This document shows positions 25,794 through 36,125 of a DNA stretch of 36,125 nt, piece by piece. Origin of the DNA: Phoronis australis (taxonomy: Eukaryota > Animalia > Phoronida); the NCBI GenBank assembly GCA_002633005.1, contig NMRA01000802.1:104034-140158 (forward strand), in the 5' to 3' direction. The translations under genes and the position numbers were made by a program. Every line of letters starts with the position of its first letter. The first letter of the stretch is position 1. A model generated the notes under the pieces. The model was not told the DNA's origin and searched no databases. It worked only from the letters and a program-made list of their open reading frames with translations.

Positions 25794-28374
25794 AAACCCA
25801 CGTCATATTGCAAAGAAAATGACCAAAATCACGAACAAGTGGTATATGACACGGCCGGGGGGTACTGCCTATTTAGATGAGGAGTGCGGCCCGAAAAAAT
25901 GAATACCGACCCGGGGGTGGTGGGAGCTAAAAGCTACTACCGGAGTGACATCGTTATATTCTGCGAATCATTCATTATCCCACAAAAACAGCAGACACAA
26001 AAAGTGATTTTGACCAAACATGCAAAAAAGCGCTGACTTTAATTCATACAATCTCAATTATTCCTCTTTGCATTGAATATTTCTAATCATTGGCTTTCAC
26101 GGAACATAACATTTGGCGTACGAGTTACACATTACAGGTTACTGTGTGATTTTCTAAGTAAAATCAGAAACGCGACGAGGGCCGCTGAACAAAGATCTTA
26201 TTTCAAACATTAATCCAATAAGACACATGCTCTAACAACGTCTCCTGGGTAACTAACCTTATAAAAGCAATAAATGTTGAATAAATTTAACGATCTTTTA
26301 CAGTAAATCGGAAATTGAAACTCACGCTGTGCACTTGCACGTTCGATTTGTCGCCGTCAATGTGACAACACCTAACGCGAAAATGTAGGTCAACTCTGTG
26401 ACGTAATGAGCAAAGAATGCCAACCGCGTACGTTCGCGTTCGTGTGTAATAGCGTAGCCAACCCTCTCTACGTTCACGCACACGTACCGAATAATGTCAC
26501 ATGTCATTCGACAATCGGCAGCTGTCGTTCAACCCCGTTCCGTTAAAGCGTTTCGGGGGTGCAAACACAGCGCATTTTTTTACAATTCAAGCGTTCTAGC
26601 TACACCCGTAGAACATTTTATCTAACAGCTTTTACCTTAATGGTCCAGTGCACAGTTACAGACATGCAATGCATTGTATTTGCAAATCCTGTTTTCTTAG
26701 GGACAATACCCAAGTGAAATTAGTTTAGAATTCCACTGATACTCACAAATCGACTGTCACGCTTTTTCTCCTGAAGCAGTTCTGCATAGACAAATGAAAC
26801 ACATTGTAAGTTTAGTTGTAGGTATTAGTTTCCACAACGTCAGTCGCCATTAAAATTAGACAAAATGTAAAGGAACATCATGTATGGCACACGGTTTGCC
26901 GTTTAAAAACATTGAATCGTGTTGTACTGCATAAATACAGGCTACATGTATGGAGGATCCTAGACAATGTCCAAATTTGGCTAAGGTTGGAACATCACAC
27001 ATGTATATCAGAAAAGCAAATCCGATTCTTGTGGAATTTTCGTACATTCTGCTTCTTGTTCTACAAAATTATTTTCGGAATTGTTTTTAAATGTTATACG
27101 TTTACATGGCGGTCAATAAAGCAGGACTTATGGTTTTCATGGCGAACAAAATAATAGTTGCCTTAACCGTAAACGAACTGATTATTTTGAAAATCGTATA
27201 CATGTAAGCTTTTATGATACTGCAGCTTCAATACTCATATCCAACGTGACTTTCTCTTTTTATGCGTACCGTTGTTTCGCTATGAGTGTACCTTTCTTCT
27301 TTGCCAAATGTTAATACAAATTACACGGTCACGTGACCCATCTATTGAAAAATAGGTTAAAAGTCAAACAAATCAAAATTTACACGATTTCTGTTTTCAA
27401 AACATAAAATTCGTTAAGATATACATGTATAGTTTAAACAGATAATACACATACTTATTGGTAAGGTCCTACACAACTTCAACACTCCAAATTGTTTAGG
27501 CCTACACGAAAGGTGCAGCACGTGTGTTCTTTTCGAAAGTCATAGAGCGACGTCACCGTTATCTGTTCAGGAATTTCATATAGGGAGCTTCAGCGAAGTG
27601 ATCTTTGTCCAAAAACTACCCCCATGTGGTTCTTTCGAAAAACAACAATGGGACGCTTTTGGAAAACTGTATTTACGACCGCAGCACTGACATCCAGCGA
27701 GGAGTAGTTTCTATATTAGGCAGGCTGGACACAAGTAAAACAAGTATGCCGACGCCTCAGTTGAAAATGTGTTGAATTACGTTAAAGGTTCTCTTTTTAA
27801 AGAGCAAAAATTAGTAAATAATACCGTCTTCCTGACACTTCTAACGCATGTGCCACACTTTTAAATTGATCCCAAATGTGCCACCATGGCGGTTTTTCAA
27901 AACTTGTTTGCGAAAGATCCACCACGGAGGCTTTTCCCACAATTGAAGCAAGTATATGTTCCAAAGAGCAAATTTCTCGCAAAAAAGCGAAATCACGCTA
28001 GACTTCACGAGATACCGCTCTGTAATACAAGTAACGCATGTGGGGTTCGTTTCATGTGTGAATTAATATTGATGTCAGACATTTCGTCTTACGCTGCACA
28101 CAGCTATTTCTAAAAAAATAATTTATTTCATTTGATCGGTAAATATAAAAAGACCCCGGAAGTAAACTCATAACGAGTAGTTGCTCAGATGAATTGTCTT
28201 AATTGACTATAAACTGTGATGCTAGCATGACAAAGTTTTATTCAGCAATTGTGAATTGCGAGCGTAAGTGAAAACTAACTTAAGCCTCTCATTTTTCACG
28301 AAACAGATCCTTGACCACTATTGTGGTCAAGCAAGTGTGTTGCGTTTACGTAGCGTTTTGCAGGCATGTCTTAC

Positions 28375-31300
28375 CTGTGGCCTGTGCAGCGAAGGGTGAC
28401 ATGGCGTTATTGTTCAAGTTATAGTCACTCAGTGACTGTTGGCTGCTGGGTTCACTTTCGAAGTTTCTATGAATATTTTGTTGATTCCAGGAGTTGAAGG
28501 GAGATGGTTTTCTAAATTCGGGACTGAAATTGTTGCCGAACGATTTCTGCGGAGATGGGCTGCCTCGACTGGATGCTGCCTTGCTTTCAAAAAGTTTCAA
28601 TTTGTCTCGAAACGATTTTGCTCTGCTAAATTGAAATGCTTCTACTTCTCTGGATAGCTCTTGCCGGTTAATAGCGTCCGATTGGCGACGAACAACACCT
28701 TCGTCTGTTAAACAACCGAAGATCGCACTAGGCGTGCGGATTCCTTCGCTGTCAGTTACACGCACTTGCTTCGTCCCCCTCGGTGAAGAATGCCTCGGCC
28801 TTTTTGACGGCGTATCTACCAGACGGCAATCTTCTTCAGCGGATTTCTGTGCTTTTTTTGGTGAGAAATCGCAAGGTCCACCGTGAGTCTTTTTCTTTGC
28901 CTTTTTCTTTTTTCCATGTCTTCTTGAAGACGCGTCTCCATTGCTGCACAAACCAGCGCTGACCGACAGGTGGACTACTGGATGACCTGATTGACTTTCG
29001 TCATACGACATATGAATGCAAGAACCATTTTCTAACTGCATTGTGACGGGGTGGATTGAGTTGGAGTGACAGATTGGCTCACAGCTTGGCGTTTGTTCAG
29101 CTGTTGGGTGATAGTTTGTGGAGGGATGATCGGCTTCTTGTTTCCTGCCATTGACAACAATCTTATGTAAAGCGTTCAGAGTGCTGCGAGTCGCCATAGT
29201 TACCAAATGCCTCGCTTTCTCAAATACTTTTACTGACTCCTTACTGGTCTGCGAATTATTTTTTGATACCCAGGGGTGTATGCTACTGGCTTCAGATGGC
29301 GGGACGAGAGGCAGTTGTTTCGGGGACGGGTCATGACAATGGACAAGATATCCAGTCTCTGACTGACTGTAGTTCTCACTAGCTGCGTTATAGTTCTCGT
29401 TGTCCCAAGTCGACGTACTCCTCTTTGGGTTATGAGTATGTTCAGTGACAACAGTGATGTCACCGAGGTTAAGACACTCTTCAACAACGCCTGTAGCAAT
29501 TTCACTTACACTATGAAACTTGTTGAACACTGACGATTGGTGTCTCGCTGACTCGTTTAAGTTCTTATAGTTTTTGTCTACTTCTGACTTCCCCTTCGTT
29601 TGTTGAACAACTTTAGTTTTTTTGTGGAATCCTCCAGATATCTTAAATCTTTGGCGCGTCTGTTGGAGACCGCTGTCGGAGTAAAGATGCACAACCCCCA
29701 CAAATGCACCTGATTTCAACTGTGGTGTCACGGTTTTGTGGGGAAATGTAGTGTGAGGTGGCTCCGTGTTCTCATCTGGTAGTCTTTGCACTTCGAGGTC
29801 CTGTACCGCCATTGTGTGTTGAGTTTTGAAGGCTTCATTTCTTGGGTCATATTTTGGAGGCTGTGCCGCCGATTTGTTTAAGTCATTCTCATCTTTAAGG
29901 GAAATACGTGGCGTACCTTCTACAGGGGGAGGACGAGGTGGTGGAGGTGGAGGGTGAACTAGCGGCGGTGGGGGCGGAACAGGTCTTTTGTTGGCGTCTG
30001 AGGAGAACCTTTTCGTGTAAGGATTATTTCGTGGAACATATGCTGGCGGTGGTGGTTCCACAGTTTGAAATTTCTGAAAGTTTGGATTTCTCGACTGAAC
30101 AGAATCCCGTCTGGAATTCCCATCAGTCGGGTGTCCCGTTTCTGGTTGTTTAGAGAATTTATTTTCCACGTTTTCTATGGCTTTGACAACACGTCCAGCT
30201 CTTTTGGTATCTGCAGGTTCAGGAGTTTTGTCTTCTACAGGCGCTGGTTGATCTTGTGCAATTTCAGGTTGATCTTTTGTAGTTTCAGGTTGATCATCAG
30301 CATCAGTGCCTCGATCAGGAAGCGATCCGTTTTTGTCTTTGTATTTCCCTCCCTTATCTTTTAAACTTTTTGACGACTTTGTTTTCGCAACATTTATTTT
30401 GGGAGCACAACTGAAAAGAGACTTTTGGGATTTCTTACTAGAACTTGCTTTGGCATATTTCTTTTTGTCATCTTTTTGCTTTTTGTTTTTTTTTTCACCA
30501 CTGTTGTTCATGGAAAGTTCCGTTGCTGGCAGCTTGTTTTCCCCATGGTCAACACCGTTTTCATGTTGGTGATCGTGGTCATCATGGTGGTGATGGTGCT
30601 CTCCATGATGATGGTGATGGTGCCCGTCGTGATGATGGTGGTGGTGCTCGCCGTGATGGTGCTCGCCGTGATGGTGCTCGCCGTGATGGTGCTCGCCGTG
30701 ATGATGATGGTCCCCGTGGTGATGATGGCCGCCGTGATGGTGGTGATGATGGTGATGATGACTGGACTGTTCGTCCGTTTCCGCATTTTTGTTTTCGTTA
30801 ACAACAGTTGGTTGGCTCACTCGCCTATTTTGCGACTTATTAGGAGAAGACGATCTGCGGCGGTCTCTACGGAGGTTTAGGTGACTGTTTTCTCTCTCAT
30901 CAGTGACTATGTCATCAGTAACGCAATCGCCCTTTGTGATTGCAGCTACTGGTAACCTGTCGCCCTTGTCATCTAAAGCACCACTTTCCACGCCACTATT
31001 AAGATCTGCTTGTTCATTGCAAGTTTCGGCGTTGATGGCTTGGTCTTCTTCAGTTGTTTTTTCCTTCGTTTTTCCCCTTATTTGAACGTGATTGGCATCG
31101 TGGTCAGCCGTACCCTTATCCCCATGCTTGGTTATGATGTCGTTGCCGTCTCGGCTACCATCCACCACGTCTGATTTATGGCGTCGCTTTTTCTTATGGC
31201 TTTTATGTTCAGCCTGAGTATTATTTTGCTTCTCATTTAATATCTCCGTGGTAATTGTAACTTCTCCTCCTTCTTTTCCTTGTTCGTTTTTGGATTTTTT

Positions 31301-32260
31301 TTTCTTCTTTTTGTCAACTTTTGAAACCGACGCTACTTCGGCAGCGTTTAAAGTTTTCTCTTCTATCAACTTATGTTCAGTTTGATGGAGTTTCGTCTCC
31401 GGAATGTCATCATTATCATTGTTCCCTCTTTTCCTACTTTTGGGAGGTATGTTGATATTTCGATCCCCTTGATCTAACGATTCCAATTCGAATAACGAAT
31501 TTTCCTCTTGATCGTCATTTCTCGTTATCTTTTTCTTAGACTTTCGTTTTTCCGGTTTTCCCTTTTTCGTATCCGTTATCACCCCTTCTGACTTTCCAGT
31601 TGCATCTTCGATTTCAATGACTGCAGTTGCCTGACCTTTGCACTCGCGAGGTATCACTTCTGGCATTACACCGGCTGCGAGTAACAAATCCTCCTCGTTG
31701 TCTCTAAATGTAACGTCGGATTTCTTTTTGTTTTTGTTTTTGTTTTTGTTTTTGTCTTTATTCTTGGACCGACTGCCTTTTGCATCTGCGGCTGGAGCCT
31801 CGATAACACCAACATTCACGCCACTTGCATCTCCAACTTTACTCTCGCCCGTGTATGGAACGTCGTCTGTCGCTTCGTGCATTTTGCCCTTCCTTTTCCT
31901 TTCCTTCTTTGCATGATGATCCTGTTCGGCTTTGCTGTCTTTTCTGTCGTCGATTTCTGCAGTAGCCAACTCTTCACCAGGTTCTCTAGTTTTTTTCTTC
32001 TTTTTTTTCTTTTTGTGCTCCACATGTTCTTCTTGCTGCTGTTGTAGATCAGCGACAATGTTAACGCCAGTAGCAGAAACATTACCCTCTGCGAAATTCT
32101 CAGATTTTGGCTTTTTCTTTGTCTTGTGTTTTTTATCCTTCTTTTTGCCTCCTGGCATCGCGCCGTCGTTGTCTTCGTCGTCCCCGTTATTGCTGTTGTT
32201 ACTGTTGTGGTTTCGTCCCTTAAGACTCTCTTTGTAGGAACAGAACGTATTCATCTTCAT
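28375..32260 (-). CDS. Very large exon (~1295 codons) of a Lys-, His- and Pro-rich disordered protein
   Basis: Within the 1337-codon ORF 28346-32359. First ATG at 32260, or an alternative acceptor CATCTTGCAG before 32325. Donor CACAG|GTAAGA after 28375. Confidence 0.85.
30563..30760 (-). repeat. Coding His-rich tract including four perfect 15-bp units (30644-30703) encoding HHGEH
   Basis: Plus-strand unit gtgctcgccgtgatg x4; 46 of 66 residues are His. Confidence 0.95.
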
Positions 32261-32965
32261 ATCCTGCCAGCCACTTCTGCGTGTATCACGATTGCAATGC
32301 TTTTCCAATTGAAGCTCCAGCACTCCTGCAAGATGCAACGTAGATTTGCAGTTCAACACACTTGTATACGCGAAGTTTTTGGCAATCGACTTTTGACACT
32401 CTCATTGATTAGAATCGCGTTTTGCTCATTAGGGTTACACCACCATTACTCGTAAGACAAGTAATTGGACGTCTTTGCGAATGCGTGTTTGAAAAGGCCA
32501 GTCTGCCATGACATAAACATTGTACATGCATGTAAACGTGGCATTAGTTTCCAGATTATCTTGTTAAGTTGTGCCACCAAATACACAACAACTTACACCT
32601 TTGTAATCTCCCGATTCACCAAACTTTCCCTTTAAATTGTAAAACTTTCCTTCTTAATTATCATAAAAGTCTAAATATCTAATTGAGGGGTGTTTTATGT
32701 GCACATCTTAAGGCGTTTTAAGATTTGCGTGTTACACATCGGCTTCAAAATGAACTTAGTTTACCTTTTATATATGATTCACGTCGATGAGATTGACAAA
32801 AACGGCCACAATGGTAGACTGGCAACCGTCCTCCTCTTGACTCGTATGGACATTCTCATTAATCTCCGTTGACCACAGCAGAGTTGTGTTATTCTCGGGT
32901 ATTTATTACTTTGCGCGTATCAGATCAGGGTCTTTTTATTTTCGGGTTTTTATACTTTTCCTCTA

Positions 32966-33002
32966 ATTATTATTATTATTATTATTGTTATTATTATTAT
33001 TG

Positions 33003-33036
<34 letters not shown>
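32966..33036. repeat. Interrupted (TAT)n microsatellite
   Basis: Direct reading; a shorter TAT run follows at about 33091-33103. Confidence 0.95.
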
Positions 33037-33037
<1 letters not shown>

Positions 33038-34479
33038 CTCTGCGTGGACCAATGCAGTCTTGATATTCTCGGGTTTTTATCTTATTTTCTTATTATTATT
33101 ATTCTTTCCGAGCCTTTCTAGAGCGTAATAACTCTCAAACGTTTCAACTTTAAGTACATTTGAGCAAACCATCAAGTTTATAAAAGACAGTTTTGACTCG
33201 AAATACATTGAAGTGGTCAATAGGTGCAATGGTCATCTAATTTTCAAATTCATATTTCTTCTACACGTCTCAAGTAAGTCTACATGTTAATTAAATGCAT
33301 TACTTTTCTAAGAAATCGAGTCATCCAATCATATTCAATAGGTCAAAGTCATTGAGTACAAATTATAATTTTGAGAAAAACACTTCAAATTCACTTATCT
33401 GATTGGCTAAACCATGTGGTCATTAAGTCTATTTTCTTCTGATTTTTTACTTGTTCATTCAACAGGTATTCTGTTGTGCTAACTGCTTTGAGCTAGACAT
33501 TTCAGTTACACATGTGATTGATTAATGCTCTTAAGTTCTAGTTCTAGAGCCTCGATCACATCATTTGGTGCACAGGCGGTGGGCCAGGATTTGTAGGGCT
33601 TCTAGAAAATGATTTTTGTGAAAACTTTAGGGGGCAATTTATTTTGGTGTTTTTTAATTCATTTACTAGAGTGTTTTCAAAATCTAAAAAGTTCTCACAT
33701 ATGAAATTGCACATTTTTGAGAAATTTGAGTTTGAAGTTGCATAATAATCACCAAAGAGCTTAGTGAACTTATAATTGTAAAAACAACATTTTTGATATC
33801 TTTTTTTGGGTAACAAGTATTATGGTCCCATCAATGTCATTGTATTGAACAATAATACACTCACATTACATGTTTTACTATTGTTTACTAATTGTAAACA
33901 GTGAAATTTAAAACTGAAAAGTGACAACTAATGTCAGAAATACGAACTGAATATTACTAGGACATTATTCTGACATTGTGTGGCAACAAAAATAACACAC
34001 AACACTTGAGACTGGGCAAAATTAGTGCCTCAATGACCGAACCATTGACTAATGGGGTAAAATGCAGCTTCTTTCCATAATACACCAGAAATGTGTTATA
34101 CAAAAACAGTTTTGTTGAATTATTTCTGTGAATTTATGTATTATTAATTTATTATACTGACATAAGGGTACCAGTAAATACAATCTCAAAGACAGGATAT
34201 TCACCTCACACCCCAGCCTCAATGGGTTTACTCAGTCACCTAACAATAATTAAATCATTACATAATATACTGCACACGCTCAAATATGACCACTTCAGAC
34301 TAATTTATAAACAAATATTAACTTATAACTTGCAAAGCATTTTGAATGTGCACACAGAATAAAAAAATAATAAGAAGTTATTCTGACAGTGTTTAGCAAT
34401 CAGTATGAAATTAATACTTGACAATGATCAAAGTATGTACTTTTTATGACTAAATCGACAAATAAAATTTAGAGCTCAC

Positions 34480-35320
34480 ACTTTTTAATACAAAATAAAA
34501 CGAAATAACGGCGTTGGAGAAGTTGACGGTCTATTAAGTGTTGACTTTGTCAAAGAACTATCCAATGTTATGCATTCACTGTTGCTGATGTTACTACAGT
34601 TGTCACAACTGCACATTTCTGTACAGTTTGATTCAACATTGCAGCTCAACTCAGTTTCCCACCACACACGTTCTTTTTGCACTTGCAGCATACAACGTTT
34701 AGTACTGTCAGTGGAACTGTCGGCATTGCCATCCACCTCAACTGCAAAGCTCCACCGCCAAGGAGCCAAATATGACCGATCAGAGAAGGTACAGTACTGC
34801 GCACTGGTGATTGGTCCGCGTACAATAAAGGGTCAAACTCTGAATCCTTGTTTGGTGGCAGGCAGGATTTAGGCAGAATGTTCGATTCAAAACATATTAT
34901 AATGGGCTGTGTTCATTAGTGTGTCAGGAATTGAATTATTGAGCACTAGCCTCAATTCACTTTCGTCTCTCTTAGTTGAGCACAACTGCAACAGTGAGTA
35001 CAGCTTCAACAGTCGTTTCTTAAGATTGCCTGTTCAAAAAAGTTCATGCACACCAGCTTTCTGAAGAACAGCTTCAAAATCTTGCTTTAGTTTTGAAAGG
35101 CAAAAGGCATCCCCATGTGTTAGAAGCGTTGATTCAATGAACTCCAAACAAGAGTGCAGAAAAACATCTCTGAAAATAGTGGATTCTTCGCAATATTTGT
35201 CTTTCTACTTTTTATAATATGATGATCTGTGGTACTTGGCGTCTAAAGCCACAAGTCTTTATCTTTCAGTTTCATTTACGTCTCCGGACTGAATTGTTGC
35301 TTGCGATACAAGTCCAACTG
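34480..35320 (-). mobile_element. Degenerate, internally deleted DNA-transposon coding remnant, Academ-like
   Basis: LVALDAKYHR (35255-35226) plus frameshifted VPSLIGHIW...LRWMAMPTVPLTVLNVVCCKCKKNVCG / CTEMCSCDNCSN (about 34795-34590). This resembles the C-terminal Cys8 finger of Academ-type transposases. Several stops and frameshifts. Confidence 0.6.
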
Positions 35321-36125
35321 AAAAAAAAACGCAAACTGTTAACATTAATCAACATTTAATTACGAGTGAGTTGCCACGCAATTTTTTCAGACGATCTGAT
35401 CTGGAACTGATCTACCACCAGCCTTACAAATTTATATTCCGTCTGATCTGTCGCCTAAAAATATTGACCGTCAAACAATTAGATTAGTTGTTGCAACTGA
35501 AAATAAGTCAGCTGATACACCAGTGCAGTGATTGAAATTCAATTTTTTAATCAGATGCTCGGTTTACTCTTAAGGTAGGTAATCAACATTTGACAAAATG
35601 GACAGGGGCATCTCTTGTCCTCAAATTACGACGGGTACGCTGGCCATTTAGGCACTTCAATTTCATTACAATTACAGCCACCTAAGTAATTAAAGTCCCA
35701 GGATTAAGGTGGGGGATGATGGTCACTTGGGCATGTTGACTGCAACCATCTACTCCATTTAACTTTCTCTACAGTGCTTAAAATCACACCCACAATACAA
35801 CGTCATATGATTATCCCGTGGCGCAAGCAGTGTCGATTTGGGCAACTGAATGAGTATTCAAAAAATAGGATTACAGGAGTATTTCTTTAAGCTGATAACA
35901 AATAAAAACATTAACGCCTCCTAAGGCATCCCTCTACGCGGAAAAGGTACTTCTAAGCTTATAGCTACATGTACATGACTGATGGTCTAATCAGTGTGAT
36001 ACATGTACATAATTTGCGGGAAAAGCATCCGGCACATGGAGGACCTACATGTACAGCACACATCACGAATTTTTGGCCGACCGGTCGGAAATTGGTCGAC
36101 GACCGGCCGTCGACCGGTCGTCTAG

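Noticed and set aside
25600-25902. 100-aa ORF with CYILRSCYISRR repeats
   Set aside because: Produced by the 60-bp tandem repeat, whose period is divisible by 3; TTG start and no other coding signal.
30425-30880. Plus-strand Met/Val-rich and RRDGA-repeat ORFs, and the minus-strand ITAST ORF
   Set aside because: Antisense or alternative-frame shadows of the His-tract repeat.
32869-33063. Poly-Tyr ORF
   Set aside because: Translation of the (TAT)n microsatellite.

Overview
Eukaryotic DNA, AT-rich and intron-rich, most likely from an invertebrate animal. I see no prokaryotic operon, CRISPR array or RNA gene. (1) + strand 902-13544: the last 11 coding exons of a KIAA2013 (DUF2152) orthologue. 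All ten GT-AG junctions are phase-compatible and give about 520 aa; the 5' exon(s) lie upstream of the window. A 1.29-kb block holding two of its exons appears twice around a single N at 3511, probably an assembly or haplotype artefact. (2) - strand, convergent with KIAA2013: two very large low-complexity exons (32260-28375, 20603-18656), a 71-nt candidate linker exon (22315-22245) and a terminal hydrophobic exon (17980-17649). They splice in frame to a hypothetical 2078-aa, mostly disordered protein with poly-Lys tracts, a 66-aa His tract, two PPxY motifs and a C-terminal two-helix membrane hairpin spaced like polycystin-1-family TM4-TM5. This is the most interesting candidate in the window. 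(3) Mobile DNA: a 5'-truncated L1/Tx1-type LINE with a 13-bp TSD sitting inside a small palindromic element, several MITE-like elements, a degenerate Academ-like transposase remnant, a 60-bp tandem repeat and a (TAT)n microsatellite. Family assignments come from recalled motifs, not database searches.
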